The notes: generated by a model from the letters alone, not told the origin. A DNA stretch of 64,000 bases from an uncultured Armatimonadia bacterium (GCA_963749155.1 CAVVLO010000002.1:160001-224000), one strand, 5' to 3'; positions 47,777-59,512 are shown, numbered from the stretch's first letter. Program-made: numbers and translations.

Positions 47777-50536
47777 ATGAAGGCTGTAAGCCTGGGGACT
47801 ACTGTGCTCTTGCTTATTGCAGCTTGTTGCCTGGCTGCAGCAGAACCGGTTCTGCTTGTCGCGATGCACGACACAGGCTGCATCGAAGCCTACGAAGTGG
47901 CCACTGGCAAGTGGCTGGGTACGCTGACAGAGGGGCTGGAATCACCAAATGCCCTCTGCGCAGGGCCTGAGGGCGCGCTCTACGTGGCTTGCGGCGTGAG
48001 TAACGGGCCTGGTGTGGTCGTAAAGGTAGATGGGAAGACAGGTGAAGTACTCGAAGAGTCCGTTAGCTATCCTGATGGCGATCCAGCCCAGCCTCGCAGA
48101 GCAACAGATGTGAAAGTGCTTGGAGAGGCTCTCTACGTAGCAAGCTGCGATGATGGCCGACTGCTGCGCTATGCGTTGTCAGATGGCGTCTTCCTCGGAG
48201 AGGTTGCGAAAGGCAGCGCCGGAGGAGTAACAGAGCTTGAGCTGCATGACGGGTGGCTCTACTGGGCCGATTTTCAAACTCACTCGGTCAGGAGAAGCTC
48301 CCTGGAAGACAGCCAGGTGGAATCGTTCACAACCCGAAGTGGTTTTGCCCCCTGGGGTCTGGCTTTCGATTCGGACGGGAATCTCTTCTGGAGTGGCTCA
48401 GACCACACTATCCAGCGTTGCAAGGAAGGTACAAATACGACCTGGGTTGGACCTGAAGCAGGGCTTACGACGCCGATCCACCTGGAGCTAGTGGCTGAAA
48501 GGCTTTTTGTCTCGGATTATTCAGGGGGCACTATAACCATCTGGAGCGCGCAAGAGCCCGATAAACTGCTGCTGACAATCAAGGGAGACGAGGTGAAAGG
48601 TCCAATGGGTATGGCCTTCAGTGAGGAGGCTCCAAACAAGGGCAAACCGAAGTTGGTTGGCCTGGAAGCTGGCTCCGGCGGCAATCCGGTAGTCCGGCTC
48701 GAAGCGCGCGCCGACAGGGCGAGAGTGGATTTCCTCGGTTGGGATACCGAAGGCGGTGACCGCGCCCGGGTGAATCTCTTGAGGCGTCCTGCCCAGCTTC
48801 GACTGCTATTGGATTCTCGTTGGAAGTCTAGCCAAAACTTGCCGGCAACGTTAACCCATTCCGAGAAAGATGCCCTTGAATACCGCCTGGACTTAGGCGA
48901 GGGAACTTTCCTTATCTGGCGTCTACGCCTCTTTGAGGGTGGCCTTGATATCCGTCTAAAATTGGAAGGTGTGAAGTCAGAGCGGTTGCAGGGGGTGCAG
49001 CTTGAGCTACCCCTTAATCCGCGTAACTCATGCGCTACCGTCCTCAATGATAAGTGGTCCGAGGACGGTAAAGCTCTGCTTCCGTGCGTCTTAAGTGCGC
49101 CTGACCTCGGCCAGATGCGTCTTTCCTGCAATCGTTACCCGGACCTACCGGTCGGGGTTGAGGGATCTCGGTTGGCCGGAAAACTTACCCTAACCTTCGA
49201 TTTGCCGGTTCCCGATCAGCGAGGGTATGCATTGAGCTTTCGTCCTGTCCTGCTGCCAAGGCCAGCTGGTTATGCCAACGAGGCCAGATGGAAAGCAGCC
49301 CGACGTGGCTGGTTCAACTTTCTCGAAGCGACAGCCCACCGCCCCGCTGAAGGAAATCACACCGAGACGACACCTGGTTTGTGGGCCAACAACACCCTCA
49401 GCGATCCTGTAAGCTCCACAATATTCTGGCTTGGAGAGGCGGTGCTGCTAGTGCCCGAGCTTGCAGAAGGTGTCACAAGCACCGCTCTGCTGAGGCGCAC
49501 GCTTGATGCCTGGCTCACTAACCGAGTGAACGAAGAAGGTCAGGTGACCTATGTCTGGACTGGTGGCTATGGGATGATGGACGCCCCGCCGGCACTGCTA
49601 ATCGCCGCTTGGTCCTATGTCGAGGCAACGGGGGACCTGGCCTGGTATAAAGCCAACTACGAAGTGCTGAATCGCATTGCCGGCTATGTTGCGGGGCGTG
49701 ATGTGGACGGCGATGGCCTGGTCGAGTCGAAACAAACCGGCAACAGCGGTACCTACCTGTTTGGTGACACTGCCTGGGATACTTACAGTTCTGGCCACAA
49801 GAATGCTTATGTCAACGCGCTAGCCTATCGAGCTTTCCTGTGCCTGGCAGATCTGGAGAGCAAGGTGGGTGACCTCGAGAAGGCCAGCGTGTGGCGCGAC
49901 CGGGCTAGCAAGCTGAAGGCTGCCTTCCACGACTGTTTCTATAATCCTGATTCTGGCTGGCTCGGTTGGTGGCGTAGCGAGGACGGCGTGCTCCATGACA
50001 TCAACAGCGATGTGCCGACCGACCTGGCTATTCTCTACGGGCTCATCGAGGAGGCAGAGGGCGCCCAGATGCTGGACAAGTATTGGGCAGCCCTACAACA
50101 AAGTGGCTTTAAGCGTTTTGATTTGGGGGTACCGCTAAATATCAGGCCTGTACCACGTGATGACCAATACCAAGGGTGGGGCGGACAGAATCCTGATGGT
50201 TCGGACACCTTCGGAAAGTATCTCAATGGTGGTTGTTGCGTCAGCAACGCCGGATTGTTCCTCGCTGCTAACTGGGTTGCTGGACACACAGACCGCGCCG
50301 ATATGGTGCAGGATGCGATGCTGAAGCGGCAGGTGGAGGGATTTTTCTCTAACGGCGGAGGGTTCCAGAATGGATTCGTGGACCGCTACCCCGAGGGGGC
50401 AGAGTTCTATGACTGGGAGGGCAACACCTGCGGTTATGAAGGCCATCTGGTTTACTCCTGGATTTTCTTGCAGGCAATGCTGATGGAAGAACCAGCTTTG
50501 CGGCAACGCGTGTTTGGGCCAGTGCTTAGTGACTAA
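47777..50536 (+). CDS. Exported beta-propeller plus (alpha/alpha)6-barrel glycoside hydrolase-like protein
   Basis: Propeller repeats (PNAL..GPEGALYVA, PWGLAFDSDGNLFWS); YVEATGD..DVDGDGLVE..AWD..AYVNALAYRA as in GH78/GH116-like folds. Confidence 0.65.
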   Translation: MKAVSLGTTVLLLIAACCLAAAEPVLLVAMHDTGCIEAYEVATGKWLGTLTEGLESPNALCAGPEGALYVACGVSNGPGVVVKVDGKTGEVLEESVSYPDGDPAQPRRATDVKVLGEALYVASCDDGRLLRYALSDGVFLGEVAKGSAGGVTELELHDGWLYWADFQTHSVRRSSLEDSQVESFTTRSGFAPWGLAFDSDGNLFWSGSDHTIQRCKEGTNTTWVGPEAGLTTPIHLELVAERLFVSDYSGGTITIWSAQEPDKLLLTIKGDEVKGPMGMAFSEEAPNKGKPKLVGLEAGSGGNPVVRLEARADRARVDFLGWDTEGGDRARVNLLRRPAQLRLLLDSRWKSSQNLPATLTHSEKDALEYRLDLGEGTFLIWRLRLFEGGLDIRLKLEGVKSERLQGVQLELPLNPRNSCATVLNDKWSEDGKALLPCVLSAPDLGQMRLSCNRYPDLPVGVEGSRLAGKLTLTFDLPVPDQRGYALSFRPVLLPRPAGYANEARWKAARRGWFNFLEATAHRPAEGNHTETTPGLWANNTLSDPVSSTIFWLGEAVLLVPELAEGVTSTALLRRTLDAWLTNRVNEEGQVTYVWTGGYGMMDAPPALLIAAWSYVEATGDLAWYKANYEVLNRIAGYVAGRDVDGDGLVESKQTGNSGTYLFGDTAWDTYSSGHKNAYVNALAYRAFLCLADLESKVGDLEKASVWRDRASKLKAAFHDCFYNPDSGWLGWWRSEDGVLHDINSDVPTDLAILYGLIEEAEGAQMLDKYWAALQQSGFKRFDLGVPLNIRPVPRDDQYQGWGGQNPDGSDTFGKYLNGGCCVSNAGLFLAANWVAGHTDRADMVQDAMLKRQVEGFFSNGGGFQNGFVDRYPEGAEFYDWEGNTCGYEGHLVYSWIFLQAMLMEEPALRQRVFGPVLSD

Positions 50537-50554
50537 TCCAAGAGGAATAGCTCT

Positions 50555-51607
50555 ATGTTACGTCAAGTTGTCTTGGCTTTATCAATATTGATAATATCAA
50601 GAATGCTGATGGCAGCCATGACGCCACCAGAGCCAGTCAAGGCTCGCGTGAGGCTTGGTTCGTACTACTTCCCCGGTCACTTCCATGCGGGTCGATGGGC
50701 GCCGATGAAGTCATATGGCAGTCCGACTCCCCTACTTGGCTATTACCGAGACGGCGCGCCTGGGGTAGCTGACTGGCACATCAAATGGGCAGTTGAACAT
50801 GGAATCTCATACTTCGTATTCGACTGGTATTACGACCATCACACTGGCACTGTAGCAGAGCATAACACCGCACTGGACCAGGGCTTCCTCCAGGCCCAGT
50901 ACCGTAACTTGATGGAGTTTGCCATATTCTGGTGCAATGAGGAGGCACTGACCGAGCCCCTCTATACAGAACCAGAGCTTGTACTATTTGGCAAGACTCT
51001 CGGGGAGCGCTATTTTGCGCAGCCAAACTACCTGCGCGTTGAGGGACGTCCGGTGGTATTCATCTCCCGGCCGTCTCGCTGGATTGCCAGCCTGGGTGAT
51101 CGCGCAGGCGAGTTGCTGGCAAGAATTAGTGCGGCAGCTGGACTGCCCGAGGGGCAGTTGGTCTATTTCGTCGCCCTGCAATCACATAATCTGTCTGGGC
51201 TGAAGGCTGCTGGCTTCAGCGCCTGCAGCGCTTACAACTATGCTAACGAGCGCACGGCGGACGAGGGCTCTCCCCTGCGCGCGACCTATGCGGATATGGT
51301 GACAAGCTACGAGCGGCTGTGGAAGCAGGTGCGCGAGGACGGTACGCTTCCTTATATAGTGCCCCTTTCACCGGGCTGGGACAGCCGCCCCTGGTATCGT
51401 GAACACGCCCTCGTGCGAACGGGGGCAACGCCAGAGCTCTTTGAGGCGATGTGCAGGCGCTCACTGGACTATGTGGACCTACGCTGCCCCCTCGTTATCG
51501 CCGAGTGCTGGAATGAGTTCGGTGAGGGCAGCTATCTCGAACCCACCGAGGAGTCTGGCTTCGAGGCGCTCGATGTGCTGAGAAAGGTCTTCTGTGATAC
51601 TCGGTGA
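50555..51607 (+). CDS. GH99-like/WbsX family glycoside hydrolase, probably fused to the next ORF via a frameshift
   Basis: YYFP, PLLGYY, WAVEHGI.YFVFDWY, PGWDSRPW, WNEFGEGSYLEP. Confidence 0.8.
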   Translation: MLRQVVLALSILIISRMLMAAMTPPEPVKARVRLGSYYFPGHFHAGRWAPMKSYGSPTPLLGYYRDGAPGVADWHIKWAVEHGISYFVFDWYYDHHTGTVAEHNTALDQGFLQAQYRNLMEFAIFWCNEEALTEPLYTEPELVLFGKTLGERYFAQPNYLRVEGRPVVFISRPSRWIASLGDRAGELLARISAAAGLPEGQLVYFVALQSHNLSGLKAAGFSACSAYNYANERTADEGSPLRATYADMVTSYERLWKQVREDGTLPYIVPLSPGWDSRPWYREHALVRTGATPELFEAMCRRSLDYVDLRCPLVIAECWNEFGEGSYLEPTEESGFEALDVLRKVFCDTR

Positions 51608-52544
51608 CTGGCCGTCCAATGCAGTGCCTACGGCAGAGGAGAATACCAATTTGGTATTCCAAGACATACCTGATGATCCACTCCACCTTCCGCCGGGTCA
51701 CCAGACTGGTAATCTGCTTGCCGCGGCCGATATGGAACAATCCACTGGCTGGGCTACGTTCGCTGGCAGCCCGACGCGTTTTACATCCGAGGAGCCGCAC
51801 TCTGGCAATCAGTGTCTTCTGGTAGAGCCTGACAAGCAAGCCAAGTCACTCGCTCGTGTCGCGCTGGAGTTCGGTCGCGTCTATCACGTCGAAGCCTGGG
51901 TGAGATGCGCGCCTGGGGCAAGTGTCACCGTGAACTGTGCCCTCTTCGATTCGAAGGGGAATTGGCTCCAGCGCTACATCCAGGTGGGCGCAAGCGCCTC
52001 GCCCGAGTGGACGGCTGTCTCCCTCGACCTGCCTGCGACAGACCGAGAGGTGGCGTCAGTAGACGTGGAGTTCGTTGTGAGCGGAGGTCTGGCCTATGCC
52101 GACGATGTCTCGGTGACCGCTGGTGGCTATATACCTGGTGTAGAGACGTTGTTCGACTCCAGTAGCGGTGCGGACTGGGAGCGTCTTGATGGCGCCGCCG
52201 TTGACGCCTGGCCGCTTCTAATGAAGGCAGGGACAGGCATCAAGACAAAGCGGCCTTTCCCATATATGCCCCGTGCGATATGGCTTGTGCAGGCCGAGGT
52301 GAACTGCTCCGAGCTGGCTACGCTGGAGCTTCACTTGCCTGACTTTGACGCCGAGGACCACTGGCTTGGTAGCTACGCCCCTGTTGAGGCCTCCCAGGTC
52401 AGTTGGCAGGATTGGGGCACAGTGACCTGGCGCTTCGATGCACCTGAGGAAGCAGAGAAACAAGCCTTCCGCCTGGAGTTCCGCGCCCTGGGTGGGCCGT
52501 GTGAAATTCGCAGTATAAGATTATTGCGGATCCCAATCCCATAA
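51594..52544 (+). CDS. Carbohydrate-binding-module-like (CBM4/9-like) domains, likely the C-terminus of the GH99-like protein
   Basis: NLL..ADME..W..PHSGNQCL..YHVEAWVR..YADDVSV; no own RBS; overlaps the upstream stop. Confidence 0.55.
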   Translation: MILGDWPSNAVPTAEENTNLVFQDIPDDPLHLPPGHQTGNLLAAADMEQSTGWATFAGSPTRFTSEEPHSGNQCLLVEPDKQAKSLARVALEFGRVYHVEAWVRCAPGASVTVNCALFDSKGNWLQRYIQVGASASPEWTAVSLDLPATDREVASVDVEFVVSGGLAYADDVSVTAGGYIPGVETLFDSSSGADWERLDGAAVDAWPLLMKAGTGIKTKRPFPYMPRAIWLVQAEVNCSELATLELHLPDFDAEDHWLGSYAPVEASQVSWQDWGTVTWRFDAPEEAEKQAFRLEFRALGGPCEIRSIRLLRIPIP

Positions 52545-52547
52545 AAC

Positions 52548-52577
52548 AGGGCGCCCGGCAGCCACCGGACGCCCTTT
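52548..52577. terminator. Stem-loop between convergent genes
   Basis: AGGGCGCCCGG / CCGGACGCCCT inverted repeat. Confidence 0.5.
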
Positions 52578-52594
52578 GGAAACTGACTTGGTAA

Positions 52595-53617
52595 TCAGAT
52601 GATTTCTCGCGGCTCCAGCCAGGCCTCGAAGACTGCTTCGACGTTCTCGGCAGGGGTATCCATCCCCCACTCGCACTCGGCAATGACGCCGCCCTGACCC
52701 TTGTCAAGCGCGCGGCGCACACGATGCACCGCTTCCCTGGCTTGTTTCGGCGTGCCAAAGGGCAGCACCCACTGGCGGTCTATCTCTCCCCACCAGGTGA
52801 TCTTGCCCTGGTACAGTTCACCCAGCTTTTCGATGTCCATACAGAAGAGCTGTGAATTGAGAGCGTCTACGCCGACCTCGATAAGGTCTGGGTAGATGGC
52901 CTCAATGAAGCCATCCGAGTGGAAGAAGACCTTCTTCCCCGCGCCGCGGATAATCGAACAGTATTCCGCGTACATCGGCTTGAAGACCTGTCTCCACATC
53001 GCTGGCGAAATCAGCAAGGCGTTCTGCGAGCCCCAGTCATCCATAAAAGAAATGCCATCCACGTCGGTTGCGGCAAGCATCGCGAGGTCTCTGCACTCGA
53101 ACTCATGAAGTCGCTCGAGCAGCTTCAGTAGTCTTTCATCACCGTAGGCCAGCCCCATAAGCGTCTGTTCTGTCCCCAGCAAGAACTGAAGCCGCTCGAA
53201 GGGGCGAGTAAGGCTGCCTGCCAGGATGAAGAGGTCGCTCGCCGCGCAACTGGCGTTAGCCTGCGAGAAATCAGCCCCATCCAGCAACTCCCAGGGCAGT
53301 TCGTAGGAGGCAGCATCGTCCAGATTGGCGATCGCAGGTTCCTTGACTTCTCCAATAACACCTGGCTCTCCCACATGCCAGACGCTGCCGAATTCATCTA
53401 CGTATTCGCCAACTTCCGATGGGATACCACGCGCCCGCTTCGGGACGCCATAACGTAGCGCCGGCCCACCGATATCGCCTGGATACTTTTCGTTGAAACA
53501 CTGCCAGGCCTCGGTGTAGTATTTCGGCACGCCCGGAAGCGCCCACACCTGACGCGGCGCGCGGTCTACCGGTTCGTGGTTCAGAGTCTTGTAAACCCGT
53601 TCGCGAGAAGTCATCAT
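52595..53617 (-). CDS. Uroporphyrinogen decarboxylase/MtaA-CmuA methyltransferase superfamily protein
   Basis: MTSRERV, DDWGSQ..LISP.MW, FFHSDG, GEIDRQ.LPFGTP, ENVEA. Confidence 0.85.
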   Translation of the reverse strand: MMTSRERVYKTLNHEPVDRAPRQVWALPGVPKYYTEAWQCFNEKYPGDIGGPALRYGVPKRARGIPSEVGEYVDEFGSVWHVGEPGVIGEVKEPAIANLDDAASYELPWELLDGADFSQANASCAASDLFILAGSLTRPFERLQFLLGTEQTLMGLAYGDERLLKLLERLHEFECRDLAMLAATDVDGISFMDDWGSQNALLISPAMWRQVFKPMYAEYCSIIRGAGKKVFFHSDGFIEAIYPDLIEVGVDALNSQLFCMDIEKLGELYQGKITWWGEIDRQWVLPFGTPKQAREAVHRVRRALDKGQGGVIAECEWGMDTPAENVEAVFEAWLEPREII

Positions 53618-56097
53618 CTATTCCTCCATCAGGTTGCACTCGGTCAGCTCACCATCATCGAGGCGGAAGCTCTTCAGCTCAAAGGCCCCGAGTGTTAGTG
53701 TCTGGTTCAAGCCTGCCACAGGCACAGCCAGCTCAGTCACACGCGGCTGACCGGTTGGGTTGAAGAGACGTACGATGTAGCCCTTCCCGTCCTCGGCCTG
53801 CTTTATAGAAGTGATCTGGACGGCCTTGTCCGACAGTGTCGCGAGCAGCGCGGGTGCCTCGCCAGCCCCGCTCGGGAAGAAGGAGATGACATAGGGCTTC
53901 TCAGAATGCGCCAGTGCCTCGCGGTCCACTACTTCAAGCCGTTCAGCAGCGGGTCCGGGCTTCAGCCAGAGGCGGAACTGACGCTCTCCCTGGTCCTGAT
54001 GCAGGCTGTACCTGTCACCTGGGATGGCAGACTCGAACTTGCCTTCCTTTTGATGGATTGGGTGCCCCGAGTAAGCTGGCGACCGCAGCAGCGTGATGCG
54101 CAATTCGCTACCCTCATAGCTGAAACCGTAAACGCCATCGTTTATGCAGGAGACAGCCTGCTGGCTCCCGGCGTCTGTCAGCGCGACCCACTTCTGAGCA
54201 ACGAGTTCCTTCCCCTCGAACTTGAACTCCTCCACCCCATACGCTACCTGCCCGAAGACCTGCGGCGCTTCGAAGGCGGTTGGCACGGCCAGCTTTAGCA
54301 GCTTCTCCTTCTCGTTCCAGTAGACCCGGGTCTGGACCTCTACCTCGACGCCTTGCTTGGGCAGCAGATAGCGCTGGATGATGAAAGAATCACCCCACGA
54401 GAGGACCGTCTCGACGATGGTGCGCACTGGCCCATCTTCAACAACACGTACAGTCGGCAACGGCTCTGGCAGAGCGCAGACACGCTGGCCGCCAACTTCG
54501 TCCATCAGCGAGAACTCGCCGACCATCTCCCGGTAGTCCATCACAGTCATTCCCCAGGAGTCCTCATTGTCCGCCAGCACCAGTGGCCTGAAAGCCGGCC
54601 CGTCGAGGTACTCGGTACCGTCGACAACGAGGCTCTCGAGGAAGCCTGTCTCACAACTGACGGAAGCGGTCAGGTCCTGGCCGCGGAAGACGAACTTACC
54701 GCCCTCGGGCACGAGCGTCAGTTTCGGCTTCTCAGGGAGCACTTCAAGCTTGCAGTCGAACCGGTTGACCTGTCCAGGTGCCAGCGTCGCCTCGAAGGCG
54801 ACGCGCTTGCGCCAGTCAATGGGCACGCTGGAGAGCTCTTTCTCGACCTGCGTTGGCACAGGCGTGGCGCCCTGGTAGACGTGGACATCGGTGAAGGTGC
54901 CCTCCCACCCCTGGTTCGCCAGGTTGAACTCGCACTCGAACACACCATGTACCGGATACGGATGCGGGTTGTAGGCCATAATTGGGATCTCGCCTTCAAC
55001 CGCTTTCGGCTGGCCTGCGCAAAGGAAGAAGAAAGCGCGCGCCTTGAGCCTGCTGCAGATCTCGAGTGCATGGTCCTGAAGCCTGATCGCCGCATCCTCG
55101 ACCGGCTGGATGGACGAGCCGGGCAAGATGTCGTGAAACTCAGAAAGCAGCAGGTCGCGCAGAGCCGACTGCAACTCGCTGGCGGGGTATTCGGTGAGGC
55201 CCGCCAGGGCGGCGTGGCTCATCAGCTTCTCGGTCACGTATAACTCGTCCTCGAGCTGCCTGTGCTTCTGCTTGATGCGTATCTGGCTGGTGTAACAGCC
55301 AACTGCCCAGGAGTTGAGGTCGCCCTCGTGCCGGGGGGCTCATAGCCGCTTGCCCGTAGTTCGGCGAAGAAGGCCTCAGGTGTGGATTGGGCGATCTCGA
55401 CCTCGGGCCGGTCCTTCACAAGCTGGCGCAGATCGTTCAGGTCGCCACGTGAAGCTCCGCCGCCATGGTCACCCACGCCCCAGAGCATAAGGCCAAGGTC
55501 GCCAAGCTCCCAGTTTTCAATTCGGTGTTCCGTCCACTTGCGCGCCTGGCCAAGCAGCGTGCCATAGAAAGGCTGGCGGCAGCCGGTAACAGTTGAACCA
55601 TCGTAGCCGACCCAGGTGTAGATATCCGCCGGCAGGGGGCAGTCGTGCTGGCCTGGCCGGCAGTGGATGTAGGAGTCATAGCCCGACTTGGCGAGAATCT
55701 GCACCAGCCCACGGGTATGACCGAAGGGATCGAAGTTGATGGCGGTAGTCGGCCTCTTGCCGAATTTCTCAGCGAAATAGCGCCTGCCAAGCAAGGCCTG
55801 GCGAAGAAAAGACTCTCCACTTGGCATATTACAGTCAGGCTGGACGTACCAGCCTCCCATTATGTGCCAACGACCTTCGGCAACAAGACGCTGGATTCGC
55901 TCGAATAGGGCCGGCTCGAATTCTTCCACCCAGCGGTACAGGATGACCTCGTTGTGGCAGAAGACAAACTCGGGGTATTCATCGAGCAAGTCAGCGGCGG
56001 TGCGGAAGGTCGAGATAGCCTCGGCGGCGCCTTCCTCCCACTCCCACAGCCAATAGGGATCGAGATGGGCATTGCAGACCAGATGCAGCTTCTTCAT
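53618..56097 (-). CDS. GH38 alpha-mannosidase; single frameshift in the G-run at ~55333-55338
   Basis: NAHLDPYWLW, PDCNMPSGES, DPFGH, GVGDHGGG. Shifted frame reads GCYTSQIRIKQ and continues into EFHDILPGSS. Confidence 0.88.
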
Positions 56098-56226
56098 AAA
56101 CAGCCACTCCAAAACTATGTTGTTGGGCTCTACAGCCGATTCCGGATTCTACAGAGGGAGAGAACCTACTGCAATGTTAGAGGGAGACAATTTTTACCGT
56201 CGAACCAGCGCTCGGAGGGATGTCTT

Positions 56227-59200
56227 ATGTTCGCAGGCAAGCACTCGCTGTGTAGTGTGTATATATTGGCAGTCGTCTTTCTTTCAGCCTGGCTGCTTAC
56301 GGAGGGATTTGCTGTGACAAGTGGTGATGGGTACATCCAGCGTCAGCAAGACACCTGGCGGCTGGGCACTGGCCAGGTGGAACTCATCCTGACTTTCGAG
56401 CAGGGCAGCCTGCTCGTTAGGGAGCTAACCAACAAGTCGGCAGGGACTTCGCTTATTCCAGCAGGACAGCCGCAACCTGACTTCAGCTTCGCACTGGGTG
56501 AAGTTGAGGCACGTGTGACCAGTGCAAGTGGCGACTGGCGCCTGGTAGGTGCCCAAGAAAGTGTCTTGTCACAAGGCGAGTTACAACTTGTGATTACCCT
56601 TGAACGCAGCCCGCTCCAAATCGTGAAGACCTGGATCGTCTTTCCGAACACTGGGCTTATCCGCCAGTGGATAACGGTCACCAACACAGGCGGCCAGCCT
56701 GTGCTGGTGCGCGACCCGAGTTTCTTGAAAGTGGGATGCAACATTGCAGCGCCAGACGCGCTGGACTTCTACTGGATGACAGGCGCCGAGAATTATGGCG
56801 GTTCCTGGGAGCTTCGAGAGGAGCAGTTAAAGGTCGGCGCCACGCGGAAGTTTGATTCTTTCGACCCGATGGACGCCAAGCCTACCAAGCCCCTTGGTGA
56901 CGGGGTCAACTGCTATGTGATGCAGAACGGCAAGCAGGTCTTCCCCGCTTCAGGTTATCTCTACACCGCCGATGGGATGGACAACCAGTCGTATGACTTC
57001 TGGGTGGACGTCCAGCAAGGCGACAAGCTGGCTTTCTCTGACTAATATGAACACCAATCTAGGTTACGACACGACCTATTTCGACCCGACACTGACCTAC
57101 GAAGACGGCGAGACCCACAGGGCTTCTGCAGAGTTTTCGGATCAGCAGGGCGCTGGCGGTTGGAATTACCAATACCTCGAAAAGGGCCAGTGGGTAGATT
57201 TGGTCTACTACCCTCAGCCCAAACAATGGCGGAAGGCGATCGACAATCCTACCGGCACGCCCTTTGTGGGCGTCAGCGACCAGCACCCCGATGGCGGTCA
57301 GGATGCCGCGCGCGTCTGGACCGCTCCGAAATCTGGACGCGTCCACATCCTGGGCCATGTCTGCAACACGGGTAACTGGGCAGGAGCTGACCCCAACTAT
57401 CACTTCAGGATGGGCACTGCAAGCTACGCGCCCTGGTATGCACTTACCAATGGGAAGTCTGGGCTTGTCATCGGCTGGGACTACTTTGGCCACTGGACTT
57501 CTGGCTTTGATCTGGCGCCAGATGGCCTGGTAACCTCCGAGTTGCGCGTGGCTGAATACAACAAGACACTTGCCCCTGGCGAGAGCTTGACCACTCCGAT
57601 GGCCTTCTGCTGTGTCTACACAGGTGACCTCGATGAGGCGGGCAACGCCCTCCTGGACTGGCAGTATGGCTATCTGTGGGACTATGCGAGGCCCGAGTGG
57701 TTCCCCGCCATCAGGATGCTTGGTTACTGGATGAAGGGCACTCACTGGAACCTGGGCTGGCTGGGTGGCCAGCCCGAGTGGGACAGTTGTATGAACAAGG
57801 TCTTTCGCACTGCCGACTTTATGCGCTATGTTGGCGGTGATGTCTATCATCGCGACTGGGGCTGGTGGGACAAAGCCGGCGACTGGAACGGCCCCGACTG
57901 GCGCACCGCCAACGAGTATCTGGCCGAAAACGATATGGGCCTGCTGATCTACGCCTTCCTCTACACCGTCGAGCACGACTCGAAAGTCGCCCAAGAGCAT
58001 CCTGAGTGGCTGTGTGATGACGGCGCGACGCTCGATATGAGCCTGCCTGAGGTCGTCGAGTTTATGAAGGGTCAGCTAGATGACTTCTACGCCAAGTGGG
58101 GGGCCTTCGAGTGGCGCAACGACAGCGGGCCAATGTCGAGGCGCGGCAAAGATGACACTGTGTTGCTCAGGCAAGATGCAGGTTTGCGCAAGGTTATACA
58201 AGATTTCCTCGACAAGCATCCCGATTGTGGCTTCCAGGGTGTGAATGGCGGGGGCAACCTGGCCGGCTACGACTATATACGTCTAGGAGCTGGTTTCCAG
58301 TTCTCGGACGGAGCCGTTGGCATCCTTGGTAACTACTGGGCTTCGCAGCTGCTGCCCCCGGACAAAATCAATAATATGCCTGACATCTGGGATCCTGCCA
58401 GGTATGAAAACGCCACCTGGCGCGGCCTGCTCGCTAACAACTTTGATCTGACAGGCGACACCTGGGATCCCGCCAAGCTCGAAGGCTTGCGCCTGGTCTG
58501 CGATATCTACCACTATCTGCAGACCCAAGGGCTAGTGGGACGCTGGGTGAAAGTCTATCGTCCCCGGGTTGAGGGCGATGACGAGACGATGTATTTCCAG
58601 CGGCTGTCCCAGGATCGCCAGCGCGGGATCCTCATCACCAAGCATCTGGTAGAAGGGCCTATCACCCTCTGGCCCAAGGGGCTGCTTGCTGATCGTCCCT
58701 ATTTCGTCTCCTACCAGGATGGCTCTGGCCCTGAGGAGACTCGCACTGGCGCTGACCTGATGGCCAAGGGATTGTATCTGGCGAAGGTCGCGCCAGGAGA
58801 GCTCATCTACCTCAATGTGCCACTCCACCCAGGCAGCAAACTCGATACAACTGCGCCCAGCGCCCCCCTCGAGTTGCTCAAGGCGCGCGCTGAGTATCTC
58901 GGCTACCCCGGCATCGAGCTCAACTGGGAAGCTGCCTCAGATGATAACTGGCTCTCCTATTATGAGGTCTGGCGAGATGGAGAGCTCATCGACAAGGTCT
59001 CGAAGGGCACCTTCTACTTTGACCATTCGGCAGGCGCTGAACTGGCTGCCGTCTACTCGGTGCGCACAGTTGATGGCGCAGGCAACACTTCTGAGCTTGT
59101 TCAAGCGACCGGTCCCTCTGCAGCACGCTGCCATATCGTAGATGACGCTGCCACGCGCGCCCTGACTTACACCGGTAGCTGGACCAGAGAGCTGAACCTT

Positions 59201-59512
59201 CAGCCTGCATACAAGGGAACCGTCAGTTGGGCCGACGCAGCCGGGGCGAGTGTTGAGTGGACTTTCGAAGGCAGTCGCATCATCTGGATTACCAAACTCG
59301 GCGCCGACTGCGGGCTGGCCGAGGTCAGCCTGGATGGAGGCGCACCTGAGCAGGTCAACACCTATACGGCCGATGATGTGTGGGGAATCGGGCTCTGGCA
59401 GAAGGAGCTTGCGCCAGGGCGCCACACAATTCGAGTAGAAATATTGGGAGAGCGCGAGGCTCGCTCCAAGCATACTCGGGTGTATCTGGATGGATTCCGG
59501 GCCGAACCATAA
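56227..59512 (+). CDS. Exported GH36-like alpha-galactosidase with inserted beta-sandwich, Fn3 and C-terminal CBM-like domains; frameshift at ~57040
   Basis: DWGWW..GDW, LDMSLPEV, WRND, GGGN; Fn3 DTTAPSAP..WEAASDD..VDGAGNTS. ORFs 55954-57045 and 56972-59512 are continuous in homology. Confidence 0.75.

Noticed and set aside
55330..55340. Phase-variable poly-G tract in the GH38 gene
   Set aside because: The run is only 6 nt, and similar indels occur throughout the window, so a sequencing error is more likely.
43505..59512. Integrative element inserted at tRNA-Gln
   Set aside because: No integrase or transposase, and I found no duplicated tRNA 3' end in the window.
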